DNA from: Verrucomicrobiota bacterium | GTDB lineage: Bacteria > Verrucomicrobiota > Verrucomicrobiia > CAIQCK01 | Reading direction: 5' to 3' | Assembly: GCA_016222825.1 (NCBI GenBank) | Contig: JACRQF010000014.1 | Location: 419,300 to 483,299 of the forward strand | DNA: 64,000 nucleotides | In this document: piece by piece, positions 1-8,314 of the stretch | How the letters are laid out: each line of letters begins with the position of its first letter | How positions within the stretch are numbered: the first letter of the stretch is position 1 | Position numbers and translations under genes: made by a program | Notes under the pieces: model-generated | Told to the model about the DNA's origin: nothing | Databases searched by the model: none | The model's input: only the letters and a program-made list of their open reading frames with translations

Positions 1-527
1 GGCGGCACTTCGATGCGCCCGTGGCGCGGGTCGAGCGCCGTGACCTTGCGCGCATACACGTCCGGCGCCTCCGTTTTCCAGCGCGGCCGGTCGCGCTCGA
101 AGATGTGGACGTGTTTCACCAGGTAATCCTCGCCCAGCGACGGATAACCGTCATGCACGGCGAACTCGCACCAGCTTCGGTCGTCCGCCATCTTCGTAAT
201 CGTCCCCTGCGTGAACGGCAGCGGATCGAAATCAATCATCACGCCGCGCAACGCCACGTCGCGGCAGTTGTGGAACGTGAACCCGAAGCCTTTCTGGTTC
301 GTAAACACCAGCGTCGTCTGCGGCCCGTTGATGGTGAGGTTGGTGGCGTTGACGATGCGCAACCCAGCGTCAAGCCGCAGCACGCCTGCCGGGAGCGCGA
401 TCTCCTGCCGGCCGGCGCGGATGGCTGCGTCGAGCCGCACCTGCAACGACGGCGGTTCGCCTGCGTGCGCGACCAGCGCTGCGATGATTGTTGAAACGAC
501 GGGAACAGCACGGCGGAGGAAGGTCAT
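1..527 (-). CDS. Secreted right-handed beta-helix glycoside hydrolase, GH110 alpha-galactosidase-like (partial, runs off window)
   Basis: Not in ORF track; manual translation from ATG 527 gives MTFLRRAVPVVSTIIAALVAHAGEPP...GVMIDFDPLPFTQGTITK...FAVHDGYP, open to the window edge. IDxDPLPFTQG is typical of GH110-like proteins; signal peptide present. Confidence 0.7.
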   Translation of the reverse strand, partial: MTFLRRAVPVVSTIIAALVAHAGEPPSLQVRLDAAIRAGRQEIALPAGVLRLDAGLRIVNATNLTINGPQTTLVFTNQKGFGFTFHNCRDVALRGVMIDFDPLPFTQGTITKMADDRSWCEFAVHDGYPSLGEDYLVKHVHIFERDRPRWKTEAPDVYARKVTALDPRHGRIEVP

Positions 528-541
528 GGGTTTCTCGTGGT

Positions 542-1429
542 TCAGCCGCGCGCTCGGTCGGCGCTCGGCGTCGCGCCATAGACGCGGCGGTAGAGGCGGT
601 TGAAGTGGGAGAGATGGTTGAAGCCGGCGGCGTAGGCGATGGCGCTGACGGATTCGCCGCCGCCCAACAGCAGCCGCCGGGCGTGGTCGAGCCGCACGCG
701 GTTCAGAAACTCCGTGAGCGTGCAGCCCGTATAGCGCGGAAACTGCCGCTCGAACGTGGCCTTGCTCATCGCGGCCAGTTGCAACGCACCGCTCAGTGAC
801 AATGGCTCGGCGTATTTCTCCAGCACGCGCCGGATGACGCGCTCGATGCCGGGTTGGTGGCGTTCGCCTTCGCGCACGCTAAACGGCAGCCGCGAGAGTG
901 CGCGAGACTGCGACGGCGGTAGCGCGGCCAGTTCCGCCAGGACTTGCAGCAGCATTCCCAGGCGCCCCGCCGCCGAAAGCCTCGGCATCGCCAGCAGCTT
1001 CGGCCCGACGCGCTTGCAGACCGCCAATCCGAACACCACCCCGCGCCGCGCGCGGTCCCACAACGGCGCGAGCAGCGCGAACTCCGGCAGCGCGCGCAGC
1101 GGATGATCCAGCGGCCAGTGGAACTGCACGGAGATGCCCGTGGAGCGGCGCAGACCCTGGACGCAGTGCGGCAGGTGCGGGCCAAGCAGTTCCAACTCCG
1201 GCCCGTGGAACCGCTCGATGTGGTCGCCCACGAGCCGCAGGCCGCTGCCGCGCTCGATGAACGTCAGTTCCATCTCGCGGTGCAGGTGCCAGTGGTCGCC
1301 CGCGCCCTCGAACGGCACCACGCGCCCGTCGGCGGTGAATTGCTCCACCTCGCGGAGGTTGTCGCGCCAGCGGTGCAGCCGGAACGACAGCCCCGCCAGT
1401 GGCGTGATGGTTTCGACGTGGATGGACAT
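542..1429 (-). CDS. AraC-family transcriptional regulator (cupin sensor + double HTH)
   Basis: WHLHREMELTFI cupin motif; C-terminal RLDHARRLL...IAYAAGFNHLSHFNRLYRR...TPS signature. Confidence 0.93.
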   Translation of the reverse strand: MSIHVETITPLAGLSFRLHRWRDNLREVEQFTADGRVVPFEGAGDHWHLHREMELTFIERGSGLRLVGDHIERFHGPELELLGPHLPHCVQGLRRSTGISVQFHWPLDHPLRALPEFALLAPLWDRARRGVVFGLAVCKRVGPKLLAMPRLSAAGRLGMLLQVLAELAALPPSQSRALSRLPFSVREGERHQPGIERVIRRVLEKYAEPLSLSGALQLAAMSKATFERQFPRYTGCTLTEFLNRVRLDHARRLLLGGGESVSAIAYAAGFNHLSHFNRLYRRVYGATPSADRARG

Positions 1430-1444
1430 GACAGCAGTTGGGAA

Positions 1445-4400
1445 TCAGGCGTTGCGGAGCAGTTCCCTGCACGCGACGATGACATCCGCCTGCAACTCGC
1501 GCTGCCACTCGTCCCAACGGGCCGCGTGCCGGTAGAGTGCCATCGCGGCCAGCTTTTTGGTCAGAATGGCGTCGCGATAAGCCTTCAACTCCGGTGTGTT
1601 CAGCGTCCGGCGAATCTTTGCCATGCTGAGATGCTCTACGAGGACCGCCGGGATGTAAGCCCGCAACGCGCCGTTCACTATCTCTTTGTGCGCCAGAAGC
1701 AGGTCGAGTTTCTCCTGCAAAGCCGCCTGCAATGCGAACAACTCCTCGCTTGTTCGGGCTGAGAGCTTGTGGAGCGGCGTCTGATCCTTGGCGTAGAGCG
1801 CCAGCAACATCCGCGTCTCGGCGACGGCGTTGGCCGCGACGAGGTCGAGCACTTCGCGGATCAGCCGCGTCCGGGTCTTCGGGTTCTCGACGAGCACGCG
1901 CTCGTAGTTGTCGCCGAGCAGGAACGCCGTGAGCACCTCCGCGATGGCGCTGGAGGTGACGCCGCCTTTGTTGGCGCTGGAGTCCTTGATTTGCAGGATC
2001 GCGCTCTCGCGGGCGATGACATCGCGCGCGGTGTCGTCGAAGAAGACGTTGGCGCCCTCGACGATCACGCGCAGTTCGCGGAAGAGCGCGAGGAAGCCGC
2101 GGACGTTGCCGGCGTTGACGGTGTCCTTCAGCCCGCCGCACGGCACAAACGCCTGGATGTTCGCCGCGGCGACGCAATGGCGGCTTCGCGGGTCGGTGAG
2201 GAAGTTGCGATGAAAGAAGTTGCCGTCTTCGACGCGCGTCCCGTCCGGCAGCGTGAAGCGGCCCGCTGCGCGCGGCACGCGGAAGCCGTGGCGGCCGAGC
2301 TTCGCGGCGGGATACGCGAGGCTGTTGAGGCGTGGCTGCGTGTGCCGTGCGAAGGCAAGCTCCATCAATGCCTTCTTGTCGAGGCCCTCCGGGTCGAACA
2401 ACACCGAGCCGCCGTCCACGAGCAGGCAGATGCGGCCTTTGAACGACTGAATCTGGTTCGCGCCAAGGTCGCCGTCCGGACCGCCGGTCATCATCAGGTT
2501 GACCTGCTCTTCCTTCAAACCGACGTGATCGAGCAGCGTGCGCAGACAGGCCATCACGCCCATCGTGGTCATGCCGCTCGCGCCGATCTTATTGCCGAGC
2601 CGGGCGTGGATTTTCGCCGTGTCGGCGGTGACCAGTTGGGTCGTGCCTTCGAGTTGAAGTTCCGTTTCTTTCTCTCCGTGCGGCAGCAAGCCGAAGACGC
2701 GCCGGTCGCGCGTCAGTCCGTAAACGTCGTGTGGAATGCCAATGCTTTTGCCGGTGGTGATCGTCCGCCAGTGTTTGTAGCCGCGCTCGCGGGCGCGTTG
2801 TGCGACGGCGTCCATGAACGACGCGGTGCCCTCGTCGGGGCCGAAGAAGATCATCTCCGGCTCGCCGAGGTAATCCACGATCTCGCGGGACGGCTGCATG
2901 AGGTCCATCACGCCCTCGGTGAAATCGAACGTGGCGCTGAGGCCGTCGCGGGCGTATTCGGGATGCGGGACGATGACGGCTTTGGCGCCGCTCTCGGCGA
3001 TGTCCTTGTGTTTGAGCCGCTGCGCCACCGGGCCGAGCGCGTAGTTGAGCATCGGCATGTTGTCCAACTCGTTGTCGTAGTTGCCCGGCGTGACGCGGAC
3101 GAGCCGCACGCCGCCGCGGGCGATGTCCTCGGCGCGCATGTGAGTGCCGACGGCGTAGAAGCCGACGATGAAGAACACGCCGTGGACCTTGCCGGGAAAC
3201 GCGAGCGGGTCCAGCACGGTTGGCGCGAGCCGGAACGCAAACGAGCGTTTGTGGACCTTGTAGAAATTGGTTTTGAGCGTGTCGCTGATGAGCCGGCCCA
3301 TGAACGTGAAGATGTCGGCGGCGGTCTTGTCGTCGAGAAACGCAATCGCCACGCGGCGGTTGAACGCGTGCAACGCCTTCGTCACGGTCCGGCCGCCCGC
3401 GGTGGAGCGGCGTCGCGGGTCGAAGCGGCGGCTGAAAATCTCGTGGAGCTGCTTCAAAAGCGCCGGCTGGCCGAGCATGGTGTTGAGGATGACCTTGCGG
3501 GTGTATTCGGCGCGGTTGGAATCGAAGACGCGCTTGGCCATTGCGTCGCGCAGGTCCGGCCGGCCAAGTCCCTCCATGATGTCGCGCTCGGCGGGCAGGT
3601 TCTTGTGGACGAAGCTGTGGACGAACGCAAACCCGTTCAGCGCGAAGAGGTATTCGTCCAGCGTCAGGACGCCGTCCACGTAGAGTTGGTCCATTTCGTT
3701 CGGCTGAATCGCCAGCAGCGCGTGGAGTTGATCAAGCGCCTGCGGCAGGCCCGCCGCCGCCGATTGGCTCTCCAGATACAGCGAGCAGACCGACTCGATG
3801 CGGCCCACGGGATTGCGGAAGGTTTCCCAATACGCCCGCGTGAGCAGGAGGCCCAGTTCCTCCATCATCTTGCGGATCACTGGCAACGCGGAACGGCCGA
3901 AGTCCTCCCGAAACATAATGCGCGTTTCGTGCGTCGCTGCCACGTCGCTGACCTCGATCAGCGGCACGACGCTGGCGAGGGCGCGCTGGAGGAAACTCTC
4001 GTAGCGTTCGCGCGTCACCGGCGGCATCTGTTCGCTGGCCGTCGGCCACGCGAACGCAAACGGTGACCCGCCCGCGAGGACCGCGCTGGTGTCCGGGCTT
4101 GGGTCGGGCCGGATGATGTAGGTGTAATACTGGTGCGCGTGGCCGAAGTAATACTCCACGCGATGCCCGGCCATGACGGGGTTGAGCACGGTTTCCATCC
4201 GGTCGCGGGTTTGGGCGGTGGCGATGCGCACCTGCACGCCGCCGTCCACGTCGAACTGCACCTCCGAGACGGCCCCGCGCAGCACGAACTCGCCGCGCTC
4301 CTGCTGCATGTTGGTGCCGATGGCGCGAAGCACGCGCTTGAGAGCGTCCTTCGAGATGTGCCGGAAAAAATACGCGGGCAGTCCGAGCTGCGTCAGCAGG

Positions 4401-4579
4401 ATGCGCGCGGCGTGGTTGACGCAGCCGGCGGTGAGCAGTCCCTCGTTGGACAGCTCGATTACCGCCTCGTAGAGAAGATTCGGGTCCAAACTGGCTTGTT
4501 GGGCGATCCGAAGGACCGAACTTGGCTTCGGGTCAGTGGGCACGTCCGGCTCGATGGTGGGGTTTGTGGTTCGGGGCAT
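1445..4579 (-). CDS. Large NAD-specific glutamate dehydrogenase (~1044 aa, GDH2/115-kDa type)
   Basis: Motifs DIARGGVR, KDIAESGAK, GPDEGTA, TTGKS, GGPDGDLG, FVPCGG, VEGAN, SANKGGVTSS. Start placed at ATG 4579 (MPRTT) downstream of a promoter-like motif. Confidence 0.9.
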   Translation of the reverse strand: MPRTTNPTIEPDVPTDPKPSSVLRIAQQASLDPNLLYEAVIELSNEGLLTAGCVNHAARILLTQLGLPAYFFRHISKDALKRVLRAIGTNMQQERGEFVLRGAVSEVQFDVDGGVQVRIATAQTRDRMETVLNPVMAGHRVEYYFGHAHQYYTYIIRPDPSPDTSAVLAGGSPFAFAWPTASEQMPPVTRERYESFLQRALASVVPLIEVSDVAATHETRIMFREDFGRSALPVIRKMMEELGLLLTRAYWETFRNPVGRIESVCSLYLESQSAAAGLPQALDQLHALLAIQPNEMDQLYVDGVLTLDEYLFALNGFAFVHSFVHKNLPAERDIMEGLGRPDLRDAMAKRVFDSNRAEYTRKVILNTMLGQPALLKQLHEIFSRRFDPRRRSTAGGRTVTKALHAFNRRVAIAFLDDKTAADIFTFMGRLISDTLKTNFYKVHKRSFAFRLAPTVLDPLAFPGKVHGVFFIVGFYAVGTHMRAEDIARGGVRLVRVTPGNYDNELDNMPMLNYALGPVAQRLKHKDIAESGAKAVIVPHPEYARDGLSATFDFTEGVMDLMQPSREIVDYLGEPEMIFFGPDEGTASFMDAVAQRARERGYKHWRTITTGKSIGIPHDVYGLTRDRRVFGLLPHGEKETELQLEGTTQLVTADTAKIHARLGNKIGASGMTTMGVMACLRTLLDHVGLKEEQVNLMMTGGPDGDLGANQIQSFKGRICLLVDGGSVLFDPEGLDKKALMELAFARHTQPRLNSLAYPAAKLGRHGFRVPRAAGRFTLPDGTRVEDGNFFHRNFLTDPRSRHCVAAANIQAFVPCGGLKDTVNAGNVRGFLALFRELRVIVEGANVFFDDTARDVIARESAILQIKDSSANKGGVTSSAIAEVLTAFLLGDNYERVLVENPKTRTRLIREVLDLVAANAVAETRMLLALYAKDQTPLHKLSARTSEELFALQAALQEKLDLLLAHKEIVNGALRAYIPAVLVEHLSMAKIRRTLNTPELKAYRDAILTKKLAAMALYRHAARWDEWQRELQADVIVACRELLRNA

Positions 4580-4604
4580 TTTGCAGTTCTCCGTGATGCC
4601 CGCG

Positions 4605-4633
4605 ATTCTAACCTCGCACGGAAACTCAAACAA
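4605..4633 (-). promoter_or_regulatory. Candidate sigma70-type promoter for gdh
   Basis: TTGTTT-N17-TAGAAT on the minus strand, 25 nt upstream of ATG 4579. Confidence 0.5.
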
Positions 4634-4742
4634 GCGCATAAGCCTCGCGCGCCAGCACGGCAACAGCATTTGCCTGGCCGGCGCCTCGGAGCGCAGCCGC
4701 CGGACGCTGGTGTTCCGTTGCGGATGCTGTGTGTCGTCAGGC

Positions 4743-4770
4743 TTGCTTCTTGGGCGGGGCGGAGTAGAAA
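4743..4770 (+). promoter_or_regulatory. Candidate promoter TTGCTT-N16-TAGAAA
   Basis: Same motif and spacing recur at 14332-14359 and 20272-20299, each upstream of a plus-strand gene. Confidence 0.55.
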
Positions 4771-4820
4771 CAGGGCGTCGAAAGCACGAGTCGAGAACTG
4801 GTGAAGCGGAGACGTGAATC

Positions 4821-4954
4821 ATGCGACACTCGATGGCAATGATGGCGATGATGCTGGCGGCCGGGTTGGTGTTGACGCAGGAATCGCTCTGCGAGAAATA
4901 GCCGCCGCCGGCGCCATGACGGAGTTGGACCGCTTGGAAAAGGAGCAATCATGA
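4821..4954 (+). pseudogene. Probable remnant of a secreted-protein gene (signal peptide and C-terminal tail, middle deleted)
   Basis: ATG 4821 gives MRHSMAMMAMMLAAGLVLTQESLCEK* (stop 4899-4901); another frame reads ..REIAAAGAMTELDRLEKEQS* with its TGA overlapping the next ATG (ATGA 4951-4954). Confidence 0.45.
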
Positions 4955-5541
4955 ACACTGCAAACGACCGATCAACAAAACTCTCCGCCACCCGGCGTGA
5001 TTTCCTGAGAACAGCCTCCATGTTGACTGGAGCGGCGGCGCTCTGCCCGCTCGGCTTCCGCTGCATCGCGCGCGCCGCCGAGCCGTCGCAGACCATCGTC
5101 ATCCGCGGCCATCATCTCTTCGACATGCTCGACGCGCTCGGCACGGGCAAGTCCAGCCACAAGACGCTCGGCCCTGTGGCACAGAAGGTTCGAGCCAATC
5201 CCAAGGTGCCGATCAAAGTCGTCGTCGGCGTGGACGACATCTGCGCGCCGTGCGAGTGGTGGGACCGTGCGAAAACGCACTGCACGAAGAGCTTGAAAAC
5301 TTATCCGCAGGACAACGAGAACTCGATGACCTCGGACAAGAACGCCCTCCGCGTGCTCGGCATGAAGGCCGGCGACACCATGAGCGCCGCCGACCTTTAC
5401 CGCCTCATCAAGGTCAAGGTGACCAAGAAGGTTTTCGCCGAAGAAGTCTGCGTCGCTTGCAGGTTAGTGAACAGGTGTAAGAAAACCTACGAGCCGAGAA
5501 TCGAAGCGGCGGTTAAGGCGCTTGCCGAGCCTCATTCCTGA
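4951..5541 (+). CDS. Tat-exported DUF1284-family Cys-containing (putative metal/Fe-S) protein
   Basis: TRRDFLR twin-arginine motif; RGHHL, DDICAPC and CVAC...C motifs; AGGAG RBS. Confidence 0.75.
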   Translation: MNTANDRSTKLSATRRDFLRTASMLTGAAALCPLGFRCIARAAEPSQTIVIRGHHLFDMLDALGTGKSSHKTLGPVAQKVRANPKVPIKVVVGVDDICAPCEWWDRAKTHCTKSLKTYPQDNENSMTSDKNALRVLGMKAGDTMSAADLYRLIKVKVTKKVFAEEVCVACRLVNRCKKTYEPRIEAAVKALAEPHS

Positions 5542-5542
5542 C

Positions 5543-6391
5543 ATGAATAAACAAATGAAAGTGGCCGCCGTCCAAATGAAGTTCCGGCGGACAATCCCGG
5601 AGAATGTCGCCTTTATCGAGCGCCACATCGCCGCGTTCGCGCGGAAGGGCGGCGACGCCATCCTGTTCCCGGAAACCGCCGTCACGGGCTACAACATCAA
5701 CTTCCACGAACTCGATCCCACGGCCGTTGAGGCGGGACTGCGGGCGATCGCAGCCGCGGCGCGTGAGCATCGCTGCAACGTGTTGGTCGGATCGCCGACG
5801 CGCGCCCGGGGACGATGGCTCAACTCGCTGGTTGTATTCGACCGGCGCGGGCGCGAGGTGTTCCGCTACCACAAGATTCAGCTCACGCCCGGTGACTCGA
5901 AGTTCTTCGCGCCGGGCAACGTGCTGGCTTTCTTCCGGCTCGACGGAGTCCCGTGCACGGCGATCATCTGCCACGAGCGGCGCTATCCCGAACTGGTCCG
6001 CCTGCCGGTGATGATGGGCGCGCAAATCCTGTTTCATCCCAACGCCGGGCTGGATCGGCTCGCCGTGTCGAAGGCCAAGCGCGGCGGCAAGGACGGCATC
6101 GTCGCGCGGGCGTTCGAAAACCAGGTGTGCTACGTCTTCGCCAACACCGTCGGCCCGCAAGGCGGCGGATTCTGGTCTGCGGGCGACTCGAAGATCGTGG
6201 CGGCGGACACGCGCATGCTGGCGCTGGCGAACAACCGCGACGAGATGCACATCGAGGCGACGCTCGACCTCGCCCAAGCCGGCCGAAGATACGCACGCGA
6301 GGCGCTGCAGCAGCCAGCGTTCCTGCGCCCCCACTGGCGGGCGATGCTTGTGGCGTGCAGAAGGCAAATCAAGAGGAGCACATCGATATGA
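5543..6391 (+). CDS. Carbon-nitrogen hydrolase (nitrilase/amidase superfamily)
   Basis: E-K-C triad contexts LFPE, YHKIQL, ICHERRYPE; ARAFENQ. Confidence 0.92.
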   Translation: MNKQMKVAAVQMKFRRTIPENVAFIERHIAAFARKGGDAILFPETAVTGYNINFHELDPTAVEAGLRAIAAAAREHRCNVLVGSPTRARGRWLNSLVVFDRRGREVFRYHKIQLTPGDSKFFAPGNVLAFFRLDGVPCTAIICHERRYPELVRLPVMMGAQILFHPNAGLDRLAVSKAKRGGKDGIVARAFENQVCYVFANTVGPQGGGFWSAGDSKIVAADTRMLALANNRDEMHIEATLDLAQAGRRYAREALQQPAFLRPHWRAMLVACRRQIKRSTSI

Positions 6392-8289
6392 GAATACAGA
6401 TGACAATCGTTTCAACGGTATTGGCGTGCACCGCGATGGTTCTGGAAGCCGCAGATACACCTTTGCTCACGTTGCGAGGAGACAAGCGCCCGGAATGGCT
6501 GCGGCGCGATGGGATTGTGATGGCCGGGAGTTGGGAACCGTTGTTGTTCCGCGTGCGGCGAGACGGCGCGGAGGGTTACACGCCCACGGCCGAGCAGCGC
6601 GCGGCCTACGAGCGCGAGCACAGCCCGGCGATGGTCGCGAAGTTGAAAGCGCTCGGCGTGAACTTCGTGATGATGCACTGCTACAAGGGCGGCGGGTTGG
6701 AGGCGGAACGCGAGAGCATGGCTGACGCGGTGAAGTTCGCCAAGCTCTGCCACGACGCCGGGATGCGCGTGGGCTGTTACACCTACAGCGGCGCGTTCAT
6801 CTGGGAATTGTTCTTCAAGGAGATGCCGCAGGCCAAGGATTGGGTTGTGCTGAACCCCGACGGCACGCCGATCACCTACGGTAAGGCCGGCTACCGATAC
6901 TACTGGAACCGCAATCATCCCGACGCCGAGGCGTTCTATCGTAAGATCGTAAAGTTCGCCGTCGAAGACATCCGCACCGATCTCGTCCACTTTGACAACT
7001 ACGTCATCGGCCCCGGCCACGACGCAAACTCGATCGCGCGCTTCCGCCAATACCTGCGCAAGACGTTCCCGGCGTCGCTGCTCAAGGAAAATGGCATCGC
7101 CGATATCGCCGCCGTGACACCGCCGACCGACCGCGCCTGCACCAACCTGCTGAGCCGCGCGTGGGCGGACTTCTGCAGCCAGTCCATCTCCGACTCGTTC
7201 CACTCGATGACACGCTACGCACGCAAGATGCGGCCGGACATCCTCATGGAGACCAACCCCGCCGGCATCGGCTCGACGGTCCGTTGGGCGGTGGACCACG
7301 GGCGGCTGTTGCGCGGCGGCGAGGCGTTCTGGGACGAGGGCCGGCATCCCGGCTTCGTGAAAGGCACGCTCACCACGCGCATCCGCACCTTCAAGGCGGC
7401 GCGCGGTCTGAACAACTCGGCGTTCGTCTATACCATCAACCCGCTCGAAGCCGCCGAGAGCATGGCATTCAACCTCGACGTCCTCGGCTGCATCTGCTGG
7501 TTTGAATACGACCAGTTCTGGGAGTATCCCGGCAACGTCCGGCCGATGTCGCCCGCGCTGCTGCCGTTCGTGAAGTTCTACAACCAACGCCATGACCTGC
7601 TGCGTGACGCCAAAGTCGTCGCCGATGTCGGTGTGTTCCGAAGCCATCCTTCGATGCAATTTGGCCCGCGCCAGACGGCAAAGCTCACCGGTGAGATCGA
7701 GGACCTGCTCATCGCCAACCGTTGCGCGTTCCAGTTGGTGTTTGACACGCAACTCGACGAACTCTCGCGCTGGCCCGTGCTGGTGATGCCGGGCTGCGTC
7801 GCGCTCTCGGATGCGCAGGTAAAGGCGATTCGTCGTTACGTCACAAAAGGCGGTCGGCTTTGTGTCGTCGGCCCGTTCGCGACGCACAACGAATGGATGT
7901 TCCCGCGCAAGAAGCTCGCGCTGGACGACCTGCCGCCGGACCGCGTCGTCCACGTGGACGAGAAAGGCGACTGGCTCGACGCCATCCGCCGCGCATGCGG
8001 CGGCCAACTCTCTCTGTCGGCCACGTGCGACTCGAAAGCTCTCTGTGCCGAGCTAACGGAGCAACCGAACCGCCGGATGGTGCATCTGGTGAACTATCAG
8101 ATGGACAAGCCGCTGAAGGACATCGCCGTCCGCGTCGCGCTGCCGAAGGGCCGCACCGCCAAGTCCGTCACCCTCGCCAGCCCCGAACGCGCCACTGACA
8201 TCACCGTCTCTTTCAAGCAGGAAGGCGACTTCGCGACGTTCAACGTGCCGCAAGTCGGAGTTTACGAAGTCGCGATCGTGACGTTCTGA
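6388..8289 (+). CDS. Secreted putative glycoside hydrolase (TIM barrel + GH42-trimerisation-like + beta-sandwich), paralog 1
   Basis: Start ATG 6388 overlaps the nitrilase stop (ATGA); signal peptide MRIQMTIVSTVLACTAMVLEAA; VHFDN core; ALSDAQVKAIRRYVTKGG; MVHLVNY C-terminal sandwich. Confidence 0.65.
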   Translation: MRIQMTIVSTVLACTAMVLEAADTPLLTLRGDKRPEWLRRDGIVMAGSWEPLLFRVRRDGAEGYTPTAEQRAAYEREHSPAMVAKLKALGVNFVMMHCYKGGGLEAERESMADAVKFAKLCHDAGMRVGCYTYSGAFIWELFFKEMPQAKDWVVLNPDGTPITYGKAGYRYYWNRNHPDAEAFYRKIVKFAVEDIRTDLVHFDNYVIGPGHDANSIARFRQYLRKTFPASLLKENGIADIAAVTPPTDRACTNLLSRAWADFCSQSISDSFHSMTRYARKMRPDILMETNPAGIGSTVRWAVDHGRLLRGGEAFWDEGRHPGFVKGTLTTRIRTFKAARGLNNSAFVYTINPLEAAESMAFNLDVLGCICWFEYDQFWEYPGNVRPMSPALLPFVKFYNQRHDLLRDAKVVADVGVFRSHPSMQFGPRQTAKLTGEIEDLLIANRCAFQLVFDTQLDELSRWPVLVMPGCVALSDAQVKAIRRYVTKGGRLCVVGPFATHNEWMFPRKKLALDDLPPDRVVHVDEKGDWLDAIRRACGGQLSLSATCDSKALCAELTEQPNRRMVHLVNYQMDKPLKDIAVRVALPKGRTAKSVTLASPERATDITVSFKQEGDFATFNVPQVGVYEVAIVTF

Positions 8290-8314
8290 TCGGCTACGCC
8301 AGGAGCAAATCATC

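Noticed and set aside
1769-4066. 765-aa plus-strand ORF, and similar long antisense ORFs at 25710-28142, 47475-49235, 49601-51550 and 57445-59754
   Set aside because: Shadow ORFs opposite well-supported genes in high-GC DNA; no recognisable motifs.
4580-4948. N-terminal extension of the GDH ORF given in the track
   Set aside because: Runs through divergent promoters and an opposite-strand remnant; ATG 4579 fits better.
5953-6387. 145-aa extension of the first GH-like ORF
   Set aside because: Overlaps the nitrilase; the signal peptide and paralog alignment begin at ATG 6388.
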